From: the human T2T-CHM13v2.0 reference genome, Homo sapiens
Length of the DNA: 64,000 nt
Reading direction: 5' to 3' (one strand)
NCBI RefSeq assembly: GCF_009914755.1
Contig: NC_060925.1
The translations under genes and the position numbers were made by a program. Of the stretch, positions 28,329 through 40,879 are shown one piece after another. Every line of letters starts with the position of its first letter. The first letter of the stretch is position 1. The notes beneath the pieces were generated by a model. That model made no database searches. It worked only from the letters and a program-made list of their open reading frames with translations, and was not told where the DNA came from.

Positions 28329-31300
28329 ATGACGAATGCAACAGTACATCACATTTCAGTACTAACCTTGAATGTAAGTGGCCTAAATGCTTCACTTAAA
28401 AGATACAGAAACACAGAATGGACAAGAACTCACCAACCATCTGCTGCCTTTAGGAGATTCACCTAACACATAAGGACTAACAGAAACTTAAAGTAAAAGG
28501 GTGCAAAAGGCATTTCATGCAAATGGACACGAAAAGCGGGCAGGGGTAGCTATTCTTATTTCAGACAAAACAAATGTTAAAGTAACAGCAGTTAAAAGAG
28601 ACAAAGAGGTACATTATATAATGGTAAAAGACCTTGTGCAACAGGCAAATATCACCATCCTAAACATATGTGCACCTAACACTGGAGCTCTCAAATTTAT
28701 AAAACAATTACTAATAGACTTAAGAAATGAAATACACAGCAACACAGTAATAGTGGGGGACTTCAATACTCCACTGACAGCCCTAGACAGGTCATTAAGA
28801 CAGAAAGTCAACAAAGAAACAATGGATTTAAACTATAGCTTGAACAAATGGACTTAACAGATACATACAGAACATTTTATCCAACGACTGCAGAATACAC
28901 ATTCTGTTCAACAGCACATGGAACTTTCCTAAAGATAGACCATATGATAGGCTATAAAACTAGCCTCAATAAATCTAAGAAAATTGAAATTATATCAAGC
29001 ATTCTCTCAGACCACAGTGGAATAAAACTGGAAATCAACTCCAAAAGGAACTTTCAAAACAATGCAAATATATGGAAATTAACCTGCTTCTGAATGAGCA
29101 TTGGGTCAAAACCAAAATCAAGATGGAAATTAAAAAATTCTTTCAAGTGGGCTGGGCGTGGTGGCTCATGCCTGTAATCTCAGCACTTTGGGAGGCTGAG
29201 GTGGGCAGATCACGAGGTCAGGAGACCAAGACCATTCTGGCTAACACAGTGAAACCCTGTCTCTACTAAAAAATACAAAAAAAATTAGCTGGGTGTGGTG
29301 GTGGGTGCCTGTAGTCCCAGCTAGTCAGGAGGCTGAGGCAGAATGGTGTGAACCCAGGAGGTGGAGCTTGCAGTGAGCTGAGATCGCGCTGCTGCACTCC
29401 AGCCTGGGCGACAGAGCAAGACTCTGTCTCAAAAAAAAAATTCTTTGAACTGAACGACAGTAATGACACAACCTATCAAAACCTCTGGGATACAGCAAAG
29501 GCGGTGCTAAGAGGAAAGTTCACAGCCCTCAATGCTTACTTCAGAAAGACTGACAGAGCATGAACTGACATTCTAAGGACACATCTCAGGTAACTATAGA
29601 AACAAGAACAAACCAAACCCAAACCCAGCAGAAGAAAGGAAACAACCAAGATCAGAGCAGAACTAAATGAAATTGAAACAAGCAAACAAGAAAAATACAA
29701 AAGATACGTGAAACAAAATGCTGATTCTTTGAAAAGATAAATAAAATTGATAGACAATTATCAAGATTAACCAAGAAAACAAGAGGGAAAATCAAAATAA
29801 CTTTGTTAAGAAATGAAACAGGAAATATTACAACCGACACCACAGAAATACAAAGCATCAATCAAGGCTACTATGAACACCTTTACGCACATAAACCAGA
29901 AAACCTAGAGGAGATGGATAAATTCCTGGAAAAATACAGCCCTCCTAGCTTAATTCAGGAAGAATTAGATACTCTGAACAGACCAATAACAAGCAGTGAG
30001 ATTGAAATGGTAATTTAAAAATTAGCAACAAAAAAAAAGTCCAGGACCAGATGGATTCACTGCAGAATTCTCCCACACATTCAAAGAAGAATTGGTACCA
30101 ATCCTTTTGATACTATTCCACAAGGCAGAGAAAGAAGGAACCCTCGCTAATTCATTCTGTGAAGCCAGTATCACCCTAATACCAAAACCAAGAAAGGACA
30201 TAACCAAAAAAGAAAACTACAGACCGATAACCTTGATGAATGTAGATGCTAAAATCCTTAACAAAATACTAGCTAACCAAATCCAATAGCATATCTAAAA
30301 GATAATCCACCATGATCAAGTGGGTTTAACATACACAAGTCAATAACTGTGATACACCACATAAACAGAATTAAAAACAAAAATCACATGATCATCTCAA
30401 TAGTTGCAGAAAAAGCATTTGACAAAATCCAGCTTCCCTTTATGATTAAAACTCTCAGCAAAATCAGCATACAAGGGATATACCTCAATGTAATAAAAGC
30501 CATCTATGACAAACCCACAGCCAACATAATACTGAATGGGAAAAAGTTGAAAGCATTCCCTCTGAAAACTGGAACAAGACAGGGATGCCCACTCTCACCA
30601 CTCCTCTTCAACATAGTACTGAAAGTCCTAGCCAGAGCAATCAGACACAAGAAAGAAATAAAGGGCATCCAAAATGGTAAAGAGGAAGTCAAACTGTCAC
30701 TGTTTGTTGAAGATATGATCATTTACCTTGAAAACCCTAAAGACTCCTCCAGAAAGATCCTAGAACGGATAAAAGAACTTGGCAAAGTTTCTGAATACAA
30801 GATTAATGTACACAAATCAGTAGCTCTTCTATACATCAACAGCGACCAAGCAGAAAGTCAAATCAAGAACTCAACCCCTTTTACAAAAGCTGCAAAAAAT
30901 AAAATAAAATACTTAGGAATATACCTAACCAAGGAGGTGAAAGACCTCTACAAGGAAAACTACAAAACACTGCTGAAAGAAATCATAGATGACACAAATG
31001 GAAACACATTCCATGCTTATGGATGGCTGGAATCAATATTGTGAAAGCAACCATACTGCCAAAAGCAGTCTACAAGTTCAATGCAATCCCCATCAAAATA
31101 CCACCATCATTCTTCACAGAATTAGAAAAAAAAATTCTAAAAATAATATGAAACAAAACAAAACAAAAGGCCTGCATAGCCAAAGCAATACTAAGCAAAA
31201 AGAACAAATCTGGAGACATCACACTACCTGATTTCCAACTATACTATAAGGCCATAGTCAACAAAACAGCATCGTACTGGTATAAAAATAGGCACATAGA

Positions 31301-32433
31301 CCAAAGGAACAGAATAGAGAACCCAGAAATGAACCCAAACACTTACAGCCAACTGATCTTTGACAAAGCAAACAAAAACTTAAATTGGGGGAAAGGACAC
31401 CCTTTTCAACAAATGCTGCTGGGATAATTGGCTAGCCACATGTAGGAGAATGAAACTGGATCCTCATCTCTGGCCTTATAAAAAATCAACTCAAAATGGA
31501 TTAAGTACTTAAATCTAATACCTGAAACTATAAAAGTTCTAGAAGATAACATTAGAAAAATCCTTCTAGACATTGGCTTAGGCAAGGATTTTATGGCCAA
31601 GAACCCAAAAGCAAATTCAATAAAAACAAAAAATATTTGGGACTTAAACTAAAGAGCTTTTGCACAGCAAAAGCTTTGTCAGCAGAGTAAACAGACAATC
31701 CACAGTGTGGGAGAAAATCTTTGTAATCTATACATCTGACAAAGGACTAATATCCAGAATCTACAACAAACTCAAACAAATCAGTAAGAGAAAAACAAAA
31801 AAACAAACAATCCCATAAAAAAGGGGGCTGAGGACATGCATAGGCAATTCTCAAAACAAGATATACAGATGACCAACAAACATGAAAAAATACTCAACAT
31901 CACTAAGATCAAGGAACTGAAAATCAAAACCACAATATGATACCACCTTACTCCTGCAAGAATGGCCATAATCAAAAAATCAAAAAACAGTAGATGTTGG
32001 CATGGATGTGGTGAACAGGGAACACTTCTACACTGCTGGTGGGAATGTAAACTAGTACAACCACTATGGAAAATAGTGTGGAGATTCCTTAAAGAACTAC
32101 AAGTAGAACTCTCATTTGATCCAGCAATCCCACTAGTGGGTAACTATCCAGAGAAAAAGAAGTCATAATATGAAAGAGATACTTGCACACATGTTTATAG
32201 CAGCACAATTTGCAACTGCAAAATTGTGGGACCAACCCAAATGCCCATCAATCAATGAGTGTATAAAGAAATTATGGTATATTTATATGTTGCAATACTA
32301 CTCAGCCATAAAAAGGAATGAATTAATAGCATTTGTGGTGACCTGGATGAGATTGGAGACTATTATTCTAAGTGAAGTAACTCAGGAATGGAAAACCAAA
32401 CATCATATATTCTCACTCATATGTAGGAGCTAA
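28329..32433 (+). pseudogene. Non-functional L1 ORF2 (EN-RT) of the L1PB
   Basis: Many stops and frameshifts, Alu insertion, catalytic FADD read as FVED at ~30703-30714. Confidence 0.88.
29150..29440 (+). mobile_element. AluY/Sc-like inserted in L1PB ORF2
   Basis: TSD aaaaaattctttcaagtg / aaaaaattctttgaactg. Confidence 0.93.
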
Positions 32434-32834
32434 GCTATGAGGATGCAAAGGCATAAGAATGATACAATGGACTTTGGGGACTTGGGGGGAAGGGTGGGAA
32501 GGGGGCAAGGGATAAAAGACTACAAATATGGTGCAGTGTATACTGTTTGGGTGATGGGTACACCAAAATCTCAGAAATCACCACTAAAGAACTTACTCAT
32601 GTAACCAAATACCACCTGTACCTCAATAACTTATGGAAAAAATAACAGTTTAATAAGAACTAAAAACTCTTTATCAGCTCTGTATTTTGAGAAAATTACT
32701 GATTTCTTTGCCTTTGTTTCTTCAGCTTTAAAATTAGGGCTCATATAAGTTCTTGCCTCTTAGAGCTGTGAGAACTGAGTGGAATTAAGGTGTAGAGGAA
32801 TGCTTGAGGCATATTGTTCAGTAACTGTTTCCTG

Positions 32835-32835
<1 letters not shown>

Positions 32836-32880
<45 letters not shown>
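32836..32880. repeat. (GAT)15 trinucleotide repeat
   Basis: Directly visible; short continuation at 35133-35143. Confidence 0.97.
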
Positions 32881-32881
<1 letters not shown>

Positions 32882-35132
32882 GATATGGTTTGGCTTTGTC
32901 CCCACCCAAATCTCATCTTGAATTCCCACATGTTGTGAGGGGGACCTGGCAGGAGGTAATTGAATCACTGGGGCAGGTCTTTCCCATGCTGTTCTTGTGA
33001 TAGTGAGTAAGTCTCATCAGATCTGATGGTTACATAAAAACAGAAGTTTCCCTGCACAAGCTCTCTTCTCTTGTCTGCTGCCATGTGAGACATGCCTTTC
33101 ACCTTCTGCCATGATTGTGATTCTTTCCCCACCAACTTGGAACTGTAAGTCCAATAAACCTTTTTCTTTTGTAAATGGCCCAGTCTCGGATGTGTCTTTA
33201 TCAACTGCATCAAAATGGACCAATACAGTAAATTGGTACCAGTAGAGTGGGGCACTGTTGTAGATACTCAAAAATATGGAAGTTACTTTGGAACTGGGTA
33301 ACAGGCAGATGTTGTAAGAGTTTGGAGGGCTCAGAAGAAGACAGGAAATTGTGGGAAAGTTTGGAACTTCCTAGAGACTTGTTGAATGGCTTTGCCCAAA
33401 ATGCTGATAGCAGTATAAGACAGTAAGTTCCAGGCTGAGTTGGTCTCAGATGGAGATGAGGAACTTCTTAGCAACTAGAGCAAAGGTGACTCTTGTTATG
33501 TTTTGGCAAAGAGATTGGTGGCATTTTTCCCCATCCTAGAGATTTGTGGAACTTTGAACCTGAGAGGTATGTAAGGTATCTGGTGGAAGACATTTCTAAG
33601 CAGCAAAGAATTCAAGAGGTGACTTGGGTGCTGTTAAAGGCATTCAGTTTTATAAAAGAAACAGAGCATAAAAGTTTGGAAAATCTGCAGCCTGGCAATG
33701 AGATAGAAAAAAAATCTCATTTTCTGAGGAGAAATTCAAGCCAGCTCCAGAAATTTGCATAAGTAATGAGGAGTTGAATGTTAATCCTCAAGACAATGGG
33801 GAAAATGTCTCCAGGGCTTGTCAGAGGTCTTTACAGCAGGCCCTCCCATCACAAGCCCAGAGACATAGGAGGAAAAGATGGTTTCATGGGCCGGGCCTGC
33901 TCTGTGCAGCCTAGGGACTTGGTATCCTGTGTTCTAGCCACTCCAGCCATGGCTAAAAGAGCCAAGATACAGCTCAGGCTGTTATTTTAGAGGGTAGAAG
34001 CCCTAAGTCTTGACAGCTTCCACGTGGTGTTGAGCCTGTGTGTGCATGGAAGTCAATAATGGAGGTTTGGGAACTTCTGCCTAGGGTTCAGAGAATGTAT
34101 GGAAATGCCTGGATGCCCAGGCAGAAGTTTACTGCAGGGGTGGTGCCCTCATGGACAACTTCTGCTAGGGCAGTGCAGAAGTGAAATATGGGGTCAGAGC
34201 CCCCACACAGAGTCCCTACTGGGGCACTGCCTAGTGGAGCTGTGAGAAGGGGGCCATCGTCCTCCAGAACCCAGAGTGGTAGAACTACAGACAACTTGCC
34301 CCAAGCACCTACAAAAGCCACAGACACTCAATGCCAGCCCATGAAAGCAGCCAGGAGGGGGCTGTACCTTGCAAAGCCACAGGGACAGAGCTGCCCAAGA
34401 CCATGGGAACCCACCTCTTGCATCAGCATGACCCAGATGTGAGACATGGTGTCAAAGGAGGTCATTTTGGAGTTTTAAGATTAGACTGCCCTGTTTGATT
34501 TTGGACTTGCTTGGGGCCTGTACCCCCTTTGTTTTGGCCAATTTCTCCCATTTGGAATGGTTGTATTTACCCAATGCCTGTGTCCCCATTGTTTCTAGGA
34601 AGTAACTAACTTCCTTTTGATTTTACAGTCTCATAAGCAGAAGGGACTTGCGTTGTTTTTGATGGGACATTGGACTGTGGACTTTTGAGTTAATGATGAA
34701 ATGAGTTAAGACTTTGGGGGACTGTTCAGAAGGCATGATTGGTTTCGAAATGTGATTTGTGAAGGGCCAGGTGTGGAATGATATGGTTTGGCTATGCCCC
34801 TACCCAAATCTCATCTTGAATTCCCATGTGTTGTGGGAGGGAGGGACACAGTGGGAGGTAATTGAATCACTGGGGGCAGGTCTTTCCCATGCTGTTCTCG
34901 TGATAGTGAACAAGTCTCATGAGATCTGATGGTTATATAAAAACAGGAGTTTCCCTGAACAAGCTCTCTTCTCTTGTCTGCCACCATGTGAGACATGCCT
35001 CCACCTTCTACCATGATTGTGAGTCCTCCATCCCCACCCACGTGGAACTGTAAGTCCAATAAACTTCTTTCTTTTGTAAATTGCCTCATCTCAGTTATGT
35101 CCTTAGCAGCAGCATGAAAATGGACTAATACA
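32881..35132 (+). mobile_element. Full-length THE1A-type MaLR provirus (LTR 32881-33227, internal 33228-34778, LTR 34779-35132)
   Basis: Two ~350-bp direct LTRs (tgatatggtttggct...aataca), THE1-int start gtaaattggtaccagtagagtgggg, 5-bp TSD ATGAT. Confidence 0.93.
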
Positions 35133-37378
35133 ATGATGATGATTATATTCTTGATAATAACAGTGAAGATGATGAAAACATAAAGATATCACCTTCATAT
35201 GGGTTATGTACCTACTGTGTTATATTTTCATTGATATGTTTATGGCCCTGTTTATGTGAATAGACTAAAACTCATGGAATTTAGGAAACTGGTCTCATTT
35301 ATTTTTGTATATCAAGCAGAGCTGTGCTTGCTGGACTGTTAAAAGAATAGGCTGTTGAGTTAAAAAGTTAAAATCTGCTTTGGACTTGGGGGGCTTAGGA
35401 TGCCAGAGGGTATCCCTATAATTTATAAAGAAATTTCTGAAAATGTGAGCTTTGTGCTTATGAGAAAATCAGAGATTTAAATAATTGAAGTCACAATTGG
35501 AGAAAATCTCTGTGGTATAGGACTGATTAGAATACAAGGCAGAATTCAGTAATTATTTCAAGCACAGAGCTATGGAGCCTGAGGCAGAAAATATTAATTC
35601 TGACTGGGAAGACGGAGGAAGAGTTCACAGGGAAGGTGACACCAGACAAGCTTCTCCTTTAAATTTTGGAGTCTTTGGAAATGACTAGTAATTATATTCA
35701 AATTAATTTCCCAAAGAAAACAATTAAATTGGCTCTCCAAAGTTATTCTTCAGAGAAAAAAGAGGTGAGGCTATGCATTTTCCATTTAAGAATAGTTACT
35801 AACTGAATATAGGAGAACAATTATGAAGCTAGGTGGTTCTGTACAGTGAAATATGGGACCTTGAGCTCTGTATTTCAGTATTTTCCAGAATTTGGGTAAA
35901 TTATCATGAATGTCAGAAGTTCTCATTAAAATGTAAATAATATGTTTAAGTGCCAAATTTGACCATAAAGGAATTCTTTGTGTTTTTCATTGAACTACAT
36001 CACTAGATCTATTCTGGTCATGCTTTAATTATTTTTGGTTTTGTTATTTGCAATTTAATACTTGTAATATTCTTTTCTATGGTTTAAATTAAACAGTGAC
36101 TATATGTCTTTGGTCTTTAATCTCTTCCTCAACTCATGCAAGTCTAGCTTCTACACTTATTATTCTACTTCAAGCATAATCACCAATAAACTCCTATTTA
36201 TAATTCCAGTGAGTACGTTCTTACGAAATCAGCCCTAGAGCTTATTAGCGAAGTGCTTTTGACATGGTGGGTGTTCAACATATAATTATTGATTACGTGA
36301 GTCATGAATCAAATATCAAATTAGCTCTGTTCTAATCCTAGATCTATCTCTGACTAGTTATGTTGTTAAATGGGATATGTTACTCAGTCTTTCAATTTCA
36401 GTTTTTCGTCTCTTTACGTATTCTTTAAGCTTATGATTCAGCTGTGTATTGTGAGATGATAACTTGGAAAAAAATAAAATAACTTTGCACAAATTGTAAG
36501 CAGTAGGGAAGACTAGAAGAAGCAGGAATTTATTTAGAAACAACTGTTCCAAATAAATATACTGGATACACAGCAAAAAGACTAGGTCTGTGCCTCATCC
36601 TATGTAAAATGCCTCCATCCTAACAGACATTTATTGACTATCTTAGCCAGGTATTACAGTGATAAGGAATTTGTCACTTTACCTCAAACCACAAGGTCTT
36701 CAGAATCAAGAGCTAGTATTTTACTTTCTTGATTTAGCTAAACCATCCAGTGAAAATGTGCAGGGGAAGAGTGAATATATTTAGTTAATTTTATTTATTG
36801 AGAAGTATTTATTCTTGTTACCCTCCCTTCTGGGATATGTTACAGCAAGAACAGGTGTTTTTTTTAAACTAGTGAGTAATTACTGATCTTCTTATAGTCT
36901 TACAATTATTTAAATAAATGCTATCAATGAGAATAACCAATAATATGCTATTTCTGTTTATATAAAGAGGAAATTAACCCAGAATTTCTATCCAATGGCA
37001 TCCATGCATGTGACTCCAGGATAATCTGTATATAAAATACTTGCAAATGTTTCCCTCAAGGTAGAGCTGGAGTTGATTTCTGTGTGATAACCCCAGCCAA
37101 GAAGCTCACAAACTTCTGGAATCATGTGAAACCGTGTATTAACATAGAAATGTTGATACTATAGCTATGTAGCAGATAGGAACAGTTTTTAAGAAGGCAA
37201 GGTCTTCCAAACATTATTTATGATATTATAATGCCTATAGAATAATAGTAAATGTTTTTCAATGTTTGGGACTATATTCAGTACATAAAATAATAGGTGT
37301 CTTTTTAAGCATTAATTTTGCTTAGATATCGTGTATGCTGGGTTTTATTTTCTTAGTCAACAATTAACAAGTTTTAAG

Positions 37379-37677
<299 letters not shown>

Positions 37678-37854
37678 GTTTTGAGAAGTAAAAGCTATTT
37701 ACCTTACCTTTGTGTAATAATTCCTGAGATATAAAAGAAGCTGTAGTTGACATTTAAGATTGATTCTCCAGTATCTATCCTACTTCCAAATTGTTAGTTT
37801 AAGCCAAACATCATACCCCATTTTCTCTACCAAATGTTGGTTTAGAAAAGAGTA

Positions 37855-38492
<638 letters not shown>

Positions 38493-40879
38493 GAATAGAT
38501 CATGAAACATTAAGGGCAAGATAGAATAGTCTAAAAGAACAAAATGAGACTACAGCAACGACAGAAATAGAATATTGAAGAGAGAAACACCTCTATAAGG
38601 GAAGTAGAAGGAGCTATCCAAGGGTTAAAGAAAAGTACCACAGGCAAAGAATTGAAAAGCCTTCACTGCTGAGCAGCCTCATGTGTTCTTTTGTTCTGAT
38701 TCATGTACGTTAAGTCAAGGAATTGGGGAGAAGTATTAATCGAATTGATTGCATGTCGTCTTATTTTATTAACAACTGTGAAGACCAGCTAGAGCCATGG
38801 AAATTACTTTCTAATACTACCAATAATTTGAAAATTAACATGTAGAGTAAATAAGTCATCTGTAGCTATGCAGTACTGGTTATTGTTTCCAGTTTTCTTG
38901 TAGTTGTCATCTTGTAGTCCTATTTAAAACTAAAGCATTATAAAGCTGAGATTTATAATTCGCTGTTGCAGCTTTGTTACTATGTAACTGAAAGTAAATG
39001 TTCCTTTTCCCTCTGGTGAGATTAAGTTTTTAAAGGATTGAAAAACAAAAGTATCAAATGTGATTTCTGTGGTTATTTTTCTCCTTAAAAAGTAATTTTT
39101 GAAAAGATTAGATATGTCTCTTCCATTTTTGTCTTTAGTTTGTGAAATGATTTCAACTATGAGGAATTTAAAAAATAAATTAGGCTCACTTGTTTGGGAG
39201 TGGGACAAAATTATATAAAGAGAAAGGTTTGGGGACGTTTTGCCAGAAATATAACAAATTAAACATTTATTTTAATTAAGTTTAATCGTACAAAGTACAG
39301 ATTAATACTTATTTTCAGATTTACTTCTTGATAGAAAGGAAACATGTTTCACGGGAAATTGAGATGAAAAGTGCAGAAGATAAAATCCTACCATTGTCAA
39401 ATGAATAGATCCGGAAAGCAAATAAGCTTTTTGTAAGGTGATAGAAATTATAATGAATGAGCACTTTGAATTTTATTCCAAGTACATTTAAAATTCACTT
39501 GTTTAAAAAGAGGAATCTGGTAGGAACATTAATTGATTATGATGAGTGTGGATTGGAGAGATGAGGCTGAATGGGGAGGATGAGGGTTGTTGTTCTAGAT
39601 GAGGGTTTAGACTAAGCTGTTGGCATGGCAACCAGATGGAAGGCAACAGCCTAGAGTTGAAGGATTGCCTGGGTGGACGGGCACTAGGATGGGTTAAGAG
39701 AGAAACAGGAACCCAGGAAACAGGCAGTCCAACAGGGGCATGTTTTTGGTGAAAACCACAGTTCACTCTTGGATAGCCAGACTGTAATGTAAAAATTGGA
39801 CTGTCAAGTCCTGGTTTTCAAGCTGCAGGTCGAGTTCAGGGCTAGCAGTCAGAGGAGAGTGGTCAGAGAAATGGGGGAACCATCTGAGCTCTGAGGATAG
39901 CTCAAGCATTTAAATTCAGTTAAACAAATTTTACCCAGTGAATGCCTAGTTTATTTAAGGGATCTCCTAGGAAGGTGGCTACAAGTAGGGCCTGTGAAGC
40001 AGCCGAGACCTGGGCCTCCAGATCCTTTCTCTGACCCCCATCTCCTTCTCCTTTGATGACTCTACCACTGTTTGCCAAGAACTTCAGTGTTGTTAGGAGC
40101 ACTTGGAACATTTATTCTTGTTGGAAACTTATAGTCAGTTTGCTTTTTTACTTCATTCCTTCCTTCCTTGTACCCTTTCTTCTTCCTCCCACCCTTCTTT
40201 TTCTTCCTCCTCCCTCTCCTGCTTTCTCTCACTCTTTATTTCTTCTTTCTGTTCCTTTACTGTGAACATTCTTTTCCCACTGCTTTGTTTTCTTGAAGGT
40301 ATAACCCTCTAAGAAAACTAGCTTTATGTAGAGGCTTTAATTCCAAATTCATATTTTGTGTAGTTTTAAGGGTTACCCTCTTTCTTGAAAAAAAAAAACT
40401 GTTAGAATCAAGACTGTTGAATGATCAGAGTGGCCGATGGCCCAGGTTATCTGTGGGTTTTGGGCCTGCTTGGTCATAAGCTCTCCCATCATTCTTGGGG
40501 CTGGTGGTTTGTCTCCCTTTGTGCTAAAGCAAGCCAGGCATGCATTTGAGAGATATATGTTCTCATGCACTACTCCCTGTTTCCTCAGCATTGATAGATG
40601 TTTTATTAAGAGAGATTTTACATCGTGGGTCATATTCTGACAACAAAATTCCAGATTTTGCAAGTCGGTATTGGTATTAGGCCAATACCAACAGATTTTC
40701 CAACAATATATATTTTAGATGTTTTTATGGGTAGTGTGAAACATAGTAGAAGACAGCAATAAGGGCACACTATTAAACATTTTCTGTCTTAATCTGATCT
40801 TATTTGGGGGGCCTTGATTAAATTAGCATAAATCTGCCTTTTAAAATTTTGTCTTTGTTTTTCAAAATAATATCTTTTG

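Larger units (their letters stand above)
27213..32645 (+). mobile_element. L1PB(1-like), 5'-truncated in ORF1, with decayed ORF2 and 3'UTR
   Basis: ORF fragments match endonuclease (IVGDFNTPL, SDHSGIKLEI), RT ([20 protein letters not shown]) and Cys-rich ([13 protein letters not shown]) regions; L1PB-type 3'UTR. Confidence 0.92.

Noticed and set aside
30349-31044. 231-aa reverse transcriptase ORF
   Set aside because: Fragment of a dead L1PB ORF2 with a mutated catalytic motif (FVED) and flanking stops; not a novel RT system
32741-32968. Poly-histidine ORF on the - strand
   Set aside because: Translation of the (GAT)n microsatellite plus THE1 LTR
33493-34442. ORFs inside THE1-int
   Set aside because: Broken remnants of the MaLR internal region; no continuous frame
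40373-40663. Overlapping ORFs in non-repetitive DNA
   Set aside because: No protein similarity recognised and no convincing exon boundaries
40671-40691. Hairpin ttggtatt-aggcc-aataccaa
   Set aside because: An 8-bp stem is expected by chance in 64 kb of AT-rich DNA
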